From NCBI RefSeq assembly GCF_009914755.1, contig NC_060937.1: DNA of 64,000 bases, one strand, 5' to 3'. Shown here one piece after another: positions 28,101 to 44,009 of the stretch (position 1 is its first letter; each line of letters begins with the position of its first letter). The notes beneath the pieces are model-generated. The model saw nothing but the letters and a program-made list of their open reading frames with translations, was not told the DNA's origin and made no database searches. A program made the position numbers and the translations under genes. This DNA is from the human T2T-CHM13v2.0 reference genome, Homo sapiens.

Positions 28101-31100
28101 ACCCAAACTATACATTATATACTGTACATAAAATATGAAATTACATCAAATATATATTATATTAGGTACATAAAATATGAAAGTACATCAAATATAGATT
28201 ATATACTGTACATAAAACATCAAAGTACCCCAAATATATATTATACACTCTACATGAAATATCAAAGTTCACAAACTATATATTATATACTGTACATAAA
28301 ATATCAAAGTACCCAAGGTATATATTCTATACTGTACAAAAAATATCAAAGTACCCAAAGCATGTATTATATACTGTACATAAAATATGAAAGTACATCA
28401 AATATATATTTTATTCTGTACATAAAATATCAAAGTACACCAGATATATATTCTACAGTGTACATAAAATAACAAAGTACACAAACTATAAATTATATAC
28501 TGTACATAAAATATGCAATTACATCAAATATATTTTAGGTACATAAAATATGAAAGTACATCAAATATAGATTATATACTGTACATATAATATCAATGTA
28601 CCCCAAATATATATTTTATACTCTACATGAAATATCAAAGTTCACAAACCATACATTATATACTGTACATAAAATATCAAAGTACCCAAGGTATATATTC
28701 TATACTGTACAAAAAATATCAAAGTACCCAAACCATGTATTATATACTGTACATAAAATATGAAAGTACATCAAATATATATTTTATTCTGTACATAAAA
28801 TATCAAAGTACACCAGATATATATTCTATAGTGTACATAAAATATCAAAGTACCCAAACTATACATTATATACTGTACATAAAATATGAAATTACATCAA
28901 ATATATATTATATTAGGTACATAAAATATGAAAGTACATCAAATATAGATTATATACTGTTCATAAAATATCAAAGTACCCCAAATATATATTATATACT
29001 CTACATGAAATATCAAAGTTCACAAACTATATATTATATACTCTACATAAAATATCATAGTACCCAAGGTATATATTCTATACTGTAGAAAAAATATCAA
29101 AGTATCCAAAGCATGTATTATATACTGTATATAAAATATGAAAGTACATTAAATATATATTTTATTCTGTACATAAAATATCAAAGTACACCAGATATAT
29201 ATTCTATAGTGTACATAAAATAAAGTACACAAACTATAAATTATATACTGTACATAAAATATGAAATTACGTCAAATATATATTAGGTACATAAAATATG
29301 AAAGTACATCAAATATAGATTATATACTGTACATATAATATCAATGTACCACAAATATATATTTTATACTCTACATGAAATATCAAAGTTCACAAACCAT
29401 ACATTATATACTGTACATAAAATATCAAAGTACCCAAGGTATATATTCTATAATGCACAAAAAATATCAAAGTACCCAAAGCATGTATTATATACTGTAC
29501 ATAAAATATGAAAGTACATCAAATATATATTTTATTCTGTACATAAAATATCAAAGTACACCAGATATATATTCTATAGTGTACATAAAATATCAAAGTA
29601 CCCAAACTATACATTATACACTGTACATAAAATATGAAATTACATCAAATATATATTAGGTACATTAAATATGAAAGTACATCAAATATAGATTATATAC
29701 TGTACATAAAATATCAAAGTACCCCAAATATATATTATATACTCTACATGAAATATCAAAGTTCACAAACTATATATTATATACTGTACATAAAATATCA
29801 AAGTACCCAAGGTATATATTCTATACTGTACAAAAAATATCAAAGTACCCAAAGCATGTATTATATACTGTACATAAAATATGAAAGTACATCAAATATA
29901 TATTTTATTCTGTACATAAAATATCAAAGTACACCAGATATATATTCTATAGTGTACATAAAATAACAAAGTACACAAACTATAAATTATATACTGTACA
30001 TAAAATATGAAATTACATCAAATATATATTAGGTACATAAAATATGAAAGTGCATCAAATATAGATTATATACTGTACATAAAATATCAATGTACCCCAA
30101 ATATATATTTTATACTCTACATGAAATATCAAAGTTCACAAACCATATATTATATACTGTACATAAAATATCAAAGTACCCAAGGTATATATTCTATACT
30201 GTACAAAAAATATCAAAGTACACAAAGCATGTATTATATACTGTATATAAAATATGAAAGTACATTAAATATATATTTTATTCTGTTTATAAAATATCAA
30301 AGTACACCAGATATATATTCTATAGTGTACATAAAATAACAAAGTACACAAACTATAAATTATATACTGTACATAAAATATGAAATTACATCAAATATAT
30401 ACTAGGTACATAAAATATGAAAGTATATCAAATATAGATTATATACTGTACATATAATATCAATGTACCCCAAATATATATTTTATACTCTACATGAAAT
30501 ATCAAAGTTCACAAACCATACATTATATACTGTACATAAAATATCAAAGTACCCAAGGTATATATTCTACACTGTACAAAAAATATCAAAGTACCCAAAG
30601 CATGTATTATATACTGTACATAAAATATGAAAGTACATCAAATATATATTTTATTCTGTACATAAAATATCAAGGTACACCAGATATATATTCTATAGTG
30701 TACATAAAATATCAAAGTACCCAAACTATACATTATATACTGTACATAAAATATGAAATTACATCAAATATATATTAAGTACATAAAATATGAAAGTACA
30801 TCAAATATAGATTATATACTGTACATAAAATATCAATGTACCCCAAATATATATTTTATACTCTACATGAAATATCAAATTTCACAAACCATATATTATA
30901 TACTGTACATAAATATCAAAGTACCCAAGGTATATATTCTATACTGTACAAAAAATATCAAAGTACCCAAAGCATGTATTATATACTGTACATAAAATAT
31001 GAAAGTACATCAAATATATATTTTATTCTGTACATAAAATATCAAAGTACACCAGATATATATTCTATAGTGTACATAAAATATCAAAGTACTCAAACTA

Positions 31101-32589
31101 TACATTATATACTGTACATAAAATATGAAATTACATCAAATATATATTAGGTACATAAAATATGAAAGTACATCAAATATAGATTATATACTGTACATAA
31201 AATATCAAAGTACCCCAAATATATATTATATACTCTACATGAAATATCAAAGTTCACAAACTATATATTATATACTGTAAATAAAATATCAAAGTACCCA
31301 AGGTATATATTCTATACTGTACAAAAAATATCAAAGTACCCAAAGCATGTATTATATACTGTATATAAAATATGAAAGTACATCAAATATATATTTTATT
31401 CTGTACATAAAATATCAAAGTACACCAGATATATATTATATAGTGTACATAAAATAACAAAGTACACAAACTATAAATTATATACTGTACATAAAATATG
31501 AAATTACATCAAATATATATTAGGTACATAAAATATGAAAGTACATCAAATATAGATTATATACTGTACATAAAATATCAATGTACCCCAAATATATATT
31601 TTATACTCTACATGAAATATCAAAGTTCACAAACCATATATTATATACTGTACATAAAATATCAAAGTACCCAAGGTATATATTCTATACTGTACAAAAA
31701 ATATCAAAGTACCCAAAGCATGTATTATATACTGTACATAAAATATGAAAGTACATCAAATATATATTTTATTCTGTACATAAAATATCAAAGTACACCA
31801 GATATATATTCTATAGTGTACATAAAATATCAAAGTACCCAAACTATACATTATACACTGTACATAAAATATGAAATTACATCAAATATATATTATATTA
31901 GGTACATAAAATATGAAAGCACATCAAATATAGATTATATACTGAACATTAAGTACCAAAGTACCCCAAATATATATTTTATACTGTACATCAAATATCA
32001 AAGTTCACAAACTATATATTATATACTGTGCATAAAATATCAAAGTACCCATGGTATATATTCTATACTGTACAAAAAATATCAAAGTACCCAAAGCATG
32101 TATTATATAGTGTACATAAAATATGAAAGTACATCAAATATATATTTTATTCTGTATATAAAATATCAAAGTACACCAGATATATATTCTATAGTGTACA
32201 TAAAATATCAAAGTACCCAAACTATACATTATATACTGTACATAAAATATGAAATTACATCAAATATATATTAGGTACATAAAATATGAAAGTACATCAA
32301 ATATAGATTATATACTGTACATAAAATACCAAAGTACCCCAAATATATATTATATACTCTACATGAAATATCAAAGTTCACAAACTATATATTATATACT
32401 GTAAATAAAATATCAAAGTACCCAAGGTATATATTCTATACTGTACAAAAAATATCAAAGTACCCAAAGCATGTATTATATACTGTATATAAAATATGAA
32501 AGTACATCAAATATATATTTTATTCTGTACATAAAATATCAAAGTACACCAGATATATATTGTATAGTGTACATAAAATAACAAAGTAC

Positions 32590-34090
32590 ACAAACTATAA
32601 ATTATATACTGTACATAAAATATGAAATTACATCAAATATATATTAGGTACATAAAATATGAAAGTACATCAAATATAGATTATATACTGTACATAAAAT
32701 ATCAATGTACCCCAAATATATATTTTATACTCTACATGAAATATCAAAGTTCACAAACCATATATTATATACTATACATAAAATATCAAAGTACCCAATG
32801 TATATATTCTATACTGTACAAAAAATATCAAAGTACTCAAAGCATGTATTATATACTGTACATAAAATATGAAAGTACATCAAATATATATTTTATTCTG
32901 TACATAAAATATCAAAGTACACCAGATATATATTCTATAGTGTACATAAAATATCAAAGTACCCAAACTATGCATTATACACTGTACATAAAATATGAAA
33001 TTACATCAAATATATATTATATTAGGTACATAAAATATGAAAGCACATCAAATATAGATTATATACTGTACATTAAATACCAAAGTACCCCAAATATATA
33101 TTTTATACTGTACATCAAATATCAAAGTTCACACACTATATATTATATACTGTACATAAAATATCAAAGTACCCATGGTATATATTCTATACTGTACAAA
33201 AAATATCAAAGTACCCAAAGCATGTATTATATACTGTACATAAAATATGAAAGTACATCAAATATATATTTTATTCTGTACATAAAATATCAAAGTACAC
33301 CAGAAATATATTCTATAGTGTACATAAAATATAAAAGTACCCAAACTATACATTATATACTGTACATAAAATATGTAATTACATCAAAAATATATTATAT
33401 TAGGTACATAAAATATGAAAGTACATCAAATATAGATTATATACTGTACATAAAATATCAAAGTACCCCAAATATATATTATATACTCTACATGAAATAT
33501 CAAAGTTCACAAACTATATATTATATACTGTACATAAAATATCAAAGTACCCAAGGTATGTATTCTAAACTGTCCAAAAAATATCAAAGTATCCAAAGCA
33601 TGTATTATATACTGTATATAAAATATGAAAGTACATTAAATATATATTTTATTCTGTACATAAAATATCAAAGTACACCAGATATATATTCTATAGTGTA
33701 CATAAAATAACAAAGTACACAAACTATAAATTATATACTGTACATAAAATATGAAATTACATCAAATATATACTAGGTACATAAAATATGAAAGTACATC
33801 AAATATAGATTATATACTGTACATATAATATCAATGTACCCCAAATATATATTTTATACTCTACATGAAATATCAAAGTTCACAAACCATACATTATATA
33901 CTGTACATAAAATATCAAAGTACCCAAGGTATATATTCTACACTGTACAAAAAATATCAAAGTACCCAAAGCATGTATTATATACTGTACATAAAATATT
34001 AAAGTACATCAAATATATATTTTATTCTGTACATAAAATATCAAAGTACACCAGATATATATTCTATAGTGTACATAAAATATCAAAGTA
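32590..34090 (+). repeat. About 1.5-kb block duplicated from 26.6-28.1 kb (copy 2)
   Basis: Same private variants as copy 1 at offset 5989. Confidence 0.88.
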
Positions 34091-34499
34091 CCCAAACTAT
34101 ATATTATATACTGTACATAAAATATGAAATTACATCAAATATATATTAAGTACATAAAATATGAAAGTTCATCAAATATAGATTATATACTGTACATAAA
34201 ATATCAATGTACCCCAAATATATATTTTATACTCTACATGAAATATCAAATTTCACAAACCATATATTATATACTGTACATAAATATCAAAGTACCCAAG
34301 GTATATATTCTATACTGTACAAAAAATATCAAAGTATCCAAAGCATGTATTATATACTGTATATAAAATATGAAAGTACATTAAATATATATTTTATTCT
34401 GTACATAAAATATCAAAGTACACCAGATATATATTCTATAGTGTACATAAAATAACAAAGTACACAAACTATAAATTATATACTATACATAAAATATGA

Positions 34500-37400
34500 A
34501 ATTACATCAAATATATATTAGGTACATAAAATATGAAAGTACATCAAATATAGATTATATACTGTACATATAATATCAATGTACCCCAAATATATATTTT
34601 ATACTCTACATGAAATATCAAAGTTCACAAACCATACATTATATACTGTACATAAAATATCAAAGTACCCAAGGAATATATTCTATACTGTACAAAAAAT
34701 ATCAAAGTACCCAAAGCATGTATTATATACTGTACATAAAATATGAAAGTACATCAAATATATATTTTATTGTGTACATAAAATATCAAAGTACACCAGA
34801 TATATATTCTATAGTGTACATAAAATATCAAAGTACCCCAACTATACATTATACACTGTACATAAAATATGAAATTACATCAAATATATATTAGGTACAT
34901 TAAATATGAAAGTACATCAAATATAGATTATATACTGTACATAAAATATCAAAGTACCCCAAATATATATTATATACTCTACATGAAATATCAAAGTTCA
35001 CAAACTATATATTATATACTGTAAATAAAATATCAAAGTACCCAAGGTATATATTCTATACTGTACAAAAAATATGAAAGTACCCAAAGCATGTATTATA
35101 TACTGTACATAAAATATGAAAGTACATCAAATATATATTTTATTCTGTACATAAAATATCAAAGTACACCAGATATATATTCTATAGTGTACATAAAATA
35201 ACAAAGTACACAAACTATAAATTATATACTGTACATAAAATATGAAATTACATCAAATATATATTAGGTACATAAAATATGAAAGTGCATCAAATATAGA
35301 TTATATACTGTACATAAAATATCAATGTACCCCAAATATATATTTTATACTCTACATGAAATATCAAAGTTCACAAACCATATATTATATACTGTACATA
35401 AAATATCAAAGTACCCAAGGTATATATTCTATACTGTACAAAAAATATCAAAGTACACAAAGCATGTATTATATACTGTACATAAAATATGAAAGTACAT
35501 CAAATATATATTTTATTCTGTGCATAAAATATCAAAGTACACCAGATATATATTCTATAGTGTACATAAAATATCTAAGTACCCAAACTATACATTATAC
35601 ACTGTACATAAAATATGAAATTATATCAAATATATATTATATTAGGTACATAAAATATGAAAGCACATCAAATATAGATTATATACTGAACATTAAATAC
35701 CAAAGTACCCCAAATATATATTTTATACTGTACATCAAATATCAAAGTTCACAAACTATATATTATATACTCTACATAAAATATCAAAGTACCCATGGTA
35801 TATATTCTATACTGTACAAAAAATATCAAAGTACCCAAAGCATGTATTATATACTGTACATAAAATATGAAAGTACATCAAATATATATTTTATTCTGTA
35901 TATAAAATATCAAAGTACACCAGATATATATTCTATAGTGTACATAAAATATCAAAGTACCCAAACTATACATTATATACTGTACATAAAATATGAAATT
36001 ACATCAAATATATATTATATTAGGTACATAAAATATGAAAGTACATCAAATATAGATTATATACTGTACATAAAACATCAAAGTACCACAAATATATATT
36101 ATATACTCTACATGAATTATCAAAGTTCACAAACTATATATTATATACTGTACATAAAATATCAAAGTACCCAAGGTATATATTCTATACTGTACAAAAA
36201 ATATCAAAGTACCCAAAGCATGTATTATATACTGTACATAAAATATGAAAGTACATCAAATATATATTTTATTCTGTACATAAAATATCAAAGTACACCA
36301 GATATATATTCTATAGTGTACATAAAATAACAAAGTACACAAACTATAAATTATATACTGTACATAAAATATGCAATTACATCAAATATATTTTAGGTAC
36401 ATAAAATATGAAAGTACATCAAATATAGATTATATACTGTACATATAATATCAATGTACCCCAAATATATATTTTATACTCTACATGAAATATCAAAGTT
36501 CACAAACCATACATTATATACTGTACATAAAATATCAAAGTACCCAAGGTATATATTCTATACTTTACAAAAAATATCAAAGTACCCAAACCATGTATTA
36601 TATACTGTACATAAAATATGAAAGTACATCAAATATATATTTTATTCTGTACATAAAATATCAAAGTACACCAGATATATATTCTACAGTGTACATAAAA
36701 TATCAAAGTACCCAAACTATACATTATATACTGTACATAAAATATGAAATTACATCAAATATATATTATATTAGGTACATAAAATATGAAAGTACATCAA
36801 ATATAGATTATATACTGTTCATAAAATATCAAAGTACCCCAAATATATATTATATACTCTACATGAAATATCAAAGTTCACAAACTATATATTATATACT
36901 GTACATAAAATATCATAGTACCCAAGGTATATATTCTATACTGTAGAAAAAATATCAAAGTATCCAAAGCATGTATTATATACTGTATATAAAATATGAA
37001 AGTACATTAAATATATATTTTATTCTGTACATAAAATATCAAATTACACCAGATATATATTCTATAGTGTACATAAAATAAAGTACACAAACTATAAATT
37101 ATATACTGTACATAAAATATGAAATTACATCAAATATATATTAGGTACATAAAATATGAAAGTACATCAAATATAGATTATATACTGTACATATAATATC
37201 AATGTACCCCAAATATATATTTTATACTCTACATGAAATATCAAAGTTCACAAACCATACATTATATACTGTACATAAAATATCAAAGTACCCAAGGTAT
37301 ATATTCTATAATGCACAAAAAATATCAAAGTACCCAAAGCATGTATTATATACTGTACATAAAATATGAAAGTACATCAAATATATATTTTATTCTGTAC

Positions 37401-40000
37401 ATAAAATATCAAAGTACACCAGATATATATTCTATAGTGTACATAAAATATCAAAGTACCCAAACTATACATTATACACTGTACATAAAATATGAAATTA
37501 CATCAAATATATATTAGGTACATTAAATATGAAAGTACATCAAATATAGATTATATACTGTACATAAAATATCAAAGTACCCCAAATATATATTATATAC
37601 TCTACATGAAATATCAAAGTTCACAAACTATATATTATATACTGTAAATAAAATATCAAAGTACCCAAGGTATATATTCTATACTGTACAAAAAATATCA
37701 AAGTACCCAAAGCATGTATTATATACTGTACATAAAATATGAAAGTACATCAAATATATATTTTATTCTGTACATAAAATATCAAAGTACACCAGATATA
37801 TATTCTATAGTGTACATAAAATAACAAAGTACACAAACTATAAATTATATACTGTACATAAAATATGGAATTACATCAAATATATATTAGGTACATAAAA
37901 TATGAAAGTGCATCAAATATAGATTATATACTGTACATAAAATATCAATGTACCCCAAATATATATTTTATACTCTACATGAAATATCAAAGTTCACAAA
38001 CCATATATTATATACTGTACATAAAATATCAAAGTACCCAAGGTATATATTCTATACTGTACAAAAAATATCAAAGTACACAAAGTATGTATTATATACT
38101 GTACATAAAATATGAAAGTACATCAAATATATATTTTATTCTGTACATAAAATATCAAAGTACACCAGATATATATTCTATAGTGTACATAAAATATCAA
38201 AGTACCCAAACTATACATTATACACTGTACATAAAATATGAAATTACATCAAATATATATTATATTAGGTACATAAAATATGAAAGCACATCAAATATAG
38301 ATTATATACTGAACATTAAATACCAAAGTACCCCAAATATATATTTTATACTGTACATCAAATATCAAAGTTCACAAACTATATATTATATACTCTACAT
38401 AAAATATCAAAGTACCCATGGTATATATTCTATACTGTACAAAAAATATCAAAGTACCCAAAGCATGTATTATATACTGTACATAAAATATGAAAGTACA
38501 TCAAATATATATTTTATTCTGTATATAAAATATCAAAGTACACCAGATATATATTCTATAGTGTACATAAAATATCAAAGTACCCAAACTATACATTATA
38601 TACTGTACATAAAATATGAAATTACATCAAATATATATTATATTAGGTACATAAAATATGAAAGTACATCAAATATAGATTATATACTGTACATAAAACA
38701 TCAAAGTACCCCAAATATATATTATATACTCTACATGAAATATCAAAGTTCACAAACTATATATTATATACTGTACATAAAATATCAAAGTACCCAAGGT
38801 ATATATTCTATACTGTACAAAAAATATCAAAGTACCCAAAGCATGTATTATATACTGTACATAAAATATGAAAGTACATCAAATATATATTTTATTCTGT
38901 ACATAAAATATCAAAGTACACCAGATATATATTCTATAGTGTACATAAAATAACAAAGTACACAAACTATAAATTATATACTGTACATAAAATATGCAAT
39001 TACATCAAATATATTTTAGGTACATAAAATATGAAAGTACATCAAATATAGATTATATACTGTACATATAATATCAATGTACCCCAAATATATATTTTAT
39101 ACTCTACATGAAATATCAAAGTTCACAAACCATACATTATATACTGTACATAAAATATCAAAGTACCCAAGGTATATATTCTATACTGTACAAAAAATAT
39201 CAAAGTACCCAAACCATGTATTATATACTGTACATAAAATATGAAAGTACATCAAATATATATTTTATTCTGTACATAAAATATCAAAGTACACCAGATA
39301 TATATTCTATAGTGTACATAAAATATCAAAGTACCCAAACTATACATTATATACTGTACATAAAATATGAAATTACATCAAATATATATTATATTAGGTA
39401 CATAAAATATGAAAGTACATCAAATATAGATTATATACTGTTCATAAAATATCAAAGTACCCCAAATATATATTATATACTCTACATGAAATATCAAAGT
39501 TCACAAACTATATATTATATACTGTACATAAAATATCATAGTACCCAAGGTATATATTCTATACTGCAGAAAAAATATCAAAGTATCCAAAGCATATATT
39601 ATATACTGTATATAAAATATGAAAGTACATTAAATATATATTTTATTCTGTACATAAAATATCAAAGTACACCAGATATATATTCTATAGTGTACATAAA
39701 ATAACAAAGTACACAAACTATAAATTATATACTGTACATAAAATATGAAATTACATCAAATATATATTAGGTACATAAAATATGAAAGTACATCAAATAT
39801 AGATTATATACTGTACATATAATATCAATGTACCCCAAATATATATTTTATACTCTACATGAAATATCAAAGTTCACAAACCATACATTATATACTGTAC
39901 ATAAAATATCAAAGTACCCAAGGTATATATTCTATAATGTACAAAAAATATCAAAGTACTCAAAGCATGTATTATATACTGTACATAAAATATGAAAGTA
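34500..40000 (+). repeat. Tandem pair of the 7-unit (2623/2626 bp) super-repeat
   Basis: ORF offsets: 34610/37233, 35242/37865 and 36485/39108 = 2623; 37233/39859 = 2626. 4x373 + 3x378 = 2626, minus a 3-bp deletion near 37080. Confidence 0.85.
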
Positions 40001-43000
40001 CATCAAATATATATTTTATTCTGTACATAAAATATCAAAGTATCCCAGATATATATTCTATAGTGTACATAAAATATCAAAGTACCCAAACTATACATTA
40101 TACACTGTACATAAAATATGAAATTACATCACATATATATTAAATTAGGTACATAAAATATGAAAGCACATCAAATATAGATTATATACTGTACATTAAA
40201 TACCAAAGTACCCCAAATATATATTTTATACTGTACATCAAAATCAAAGTTCACAAACTATATATTATATACTGTACATAATATATCAAAATATCCATGG
40301 TATATATTCTATACTGTACAAAAAATATCAAAGTACCCAAAGCATGTATTATATACTGTACATAAAATATGAAAGTACATCAAATATATATTTTATTCTG
40401 TACATAAAATATCAAAGTACACCAGATATATATTCTATAGTGTACATAAAATATCAAAGTACCCAAACTATACATTATATACTGTACATAAAATATGAAA
40501 TTACATCAAATATATATTATATTAGGTACATAAAATATGAAAGTACATCAAATATAGATTATATACTGTACATAAAATATCAAAGTACCCCAAATATATA
40601 TTATATACTCTACATGAAATATCAAAGTTCACAAACTATATATTTTATACTGTACTTAAAATATAAAAGTACCCAAGGTATATATTCTATACTGTACAAA
40701 AAATATCAAAGTACCCAAAGCATGTATTATATACTGTATATAAAATATGAAAGTACATTAAATATATATTTTATTCTGTTTATAAAATATCAAAGTACAC
40801 CAGATATATATTCTATAGTGTACATAAAATAACAAAGTACACAAACTATAAATTATATACTGTACATAAAATATGAAATTACATCAAATATATACTAGGT
40901 ACATAAAATATGAAAGTATATCAAATATAGATTATATACTGTACATATAATATCAATGTACCCCAAATATATATTTTATACTCTACATGAAATATCAAAG
41001 TTCACAAACCATACATTATATACTGTACATAAAATATCAAAGTACCCAAGGTATATATTCTACACTGTACAAAAAATATCAAAGTACCCAAAGCATGTAT
41101 TATATACTGTACATAAAATATGAAAGTACATCAAATATATATTTTATTCTGTACATAAAATATCAAGGTACACCAGATATATATTCTATAGTGTACATAA
41201 AATATCAAAGTACCCAAACTATACATTATATACTGTACATAAAATATGAAATTACATCAAATATATATTAAGTACATAAAATATGAAAGTACATCAAATA
41301 TAGATTATATACTGTACATAAAATATCAATGTACCCCAAATATATATTTTATACTCTACATGAAATATCAAATTTCACAAACCATATATTATATACTGTA
41401 CATAAATATCAAAGTACCCAAGGTATATATTCTATACTGTACAAAAAATATCAAAGTACCCAAAGCATGTATTATATACTGTACATAAAATATGAAAGTA
41501 CATCAAATATATATTTTATTCTGTACATAAAATATCAAAGTACACCAGATATATATTCTATAGTGTACATAAAATATCAAAGTACTCAAACTATACATTA
41601 TATACTGTACATAAAATATGAAATTACATCAAATATATATTAGGTACATAAAATATGAAAGTACATCAAATATAGATTATATACTGTACATAAAATATCA
41701 AAGTACCCCAAATATATATTATATACTCTACATGAAATATCAAAGTTCACAAACTATATATTATATACTGTAAATAAAATATCAAAGTACCCAAGGTATA
41801 TATTCTATACTGTACAAAAAATATCAAAGTACCCAAAGCATGTATTATATACTGTATATAAAATATGAAAGTACATCAAATATATATTTTATTCTGTACA
41901 TAAAATATCAAAGTACACCAGATATATATTCTATAGTGTACATAAAATAACAAAGTACACAAACTATAAATTATATACTGTCCATAAAATATGAAATTAC
42001 ATCAAATATATATTAGGTACATAAAATATGAAAGTACATCAAATATAGATTATATACTGTACATAAAATATCAATGTACCCCAAATATATATTTTATACT
42101 CTACATGAAATATCAAAGTTCACAAACCATATATTATATACTGTACATAAAATATCAAAGTACCCAAGGTATATATTCTATACTGTACAAAAAATATCAA
42201 AGTACTCAAAGCATGTATTATATACTGTACATAAAATATGAAAGTACATCAAATATATATTTTATTCTGTACATAAAATATCAAAGTACACCAGATATAT
42301 ATTCTATAGTGTACATAAAATATAAAAGTACCCAAACTATTCATTATACACTGTACATAAAATATGAAATTACATCAAATATATATTATATTAGGTACAT
42401 AAAATATGAAAGCACATCAAATATAGATTATATACTGTACATTAAATACCAAAGTACCCCAAATATATATTTTATACTGTACATCAAAATCAAAGTTCAC
42501 AAACTATATATTATATACTGTACATAAAATATCAAAGTATCCATGGTATATATTCTATACTGTACAAAAAATATCAAAGTACCCAAAGCATGTATTATAT
42601 ACTGTACATAAAATATGAAAGTACATCAAATATATATTTTATTCTGTACATAAAATATCAAAGTACACCAGATATATATTCTATAGTGTACATAAAATAT
42701 CAAAGTACCCAAACTATACATTATATACTGTACATAAAATATGAAATTACATCAAATATATATTAGGTACATAAAATATGAAAGTACATCAAATATAGAT
42801 TATATACTGTACATAAAATATCAATGTACCCCAAATATATATTTTATACTCTACATGAAATATCAAATTTCACAAACCATATATTATATACTGTACATAA
42901 ATATCAAAGTACCCAAGGTATATATTCTATACTGTACAAAAAATATCAAAGTACCCAAAGCATGTATTATATACTGTACATAAAATATGAAAGTACATCA

Positions 43001-44009
43001 AATATATATTTTATTCTGTACATAAAATAATAAAGTACACCAGATATATATTCTATAGTGTACATAAAATATCAAAGTACCCAAACTATACATTATATAC
43101 TGTACATAAAATATGAGATTACATCAAATATATATTATATTAGGTACATAAAATATGAAAGTACATCAAATATAGATTATATACTGTACATAAAATATCA
43201 AAGTACCCCAAATATATATTATATACTCTATATGAAATATCAAAGTTCACAAACTATATATTATATTCTGTACATAAAATATCAAAGTACCCAAGGTATA
43301 TATTCTATACTGTACAAAAAATATCAAAGTACCCAAAGCATGTATTATATACTGTATATAAAATATGAAAGTACATTAAATATATATTTTATTCTGTACA
43401 TAAAATATCAAAGTACACCAGATATATATTCTATAGTGTACATAAAATAACAAAGTACACAAACTGTAAATTATATACTGTACATAAAATATGAAATTAC
43501 ATCAAATATATATTAGGTACATAAAATATGAAAGTGCATCAAATATAGATTATATACTGTACATAAAATATCAATGTACCCCAAATATATATTTTATACT
43601 CTACATGAAATATCGAAGTTCACAAACCATATATTATATACTGTACATAAAATATCAAAGTACCCAAGGTATATATTCTATACTGTACAAAAAATATCAA
43701 AGTACACAAAGCATGTATTATATACTGTACATAAAATATGAAAGTACATCAAATATATATTTTATTCTGTACATAAAATATCAAAGTACACCAGATATAT
43801 ATTCTATAGTGTACATAAAATATCAAAGTACCCAAACTATACATTATACACTGTACATAAAATATGAAATTACATCAAATATATATTATATTAGGTACAT
43901 AAAATATGAAAGCACATCAAATATAGATTATATACTGAACATTAAATACCAAAGTACCCCAAATATATATTTTATACTGTACATCAAATATCAAAGTTCA
44001 CAAACTATA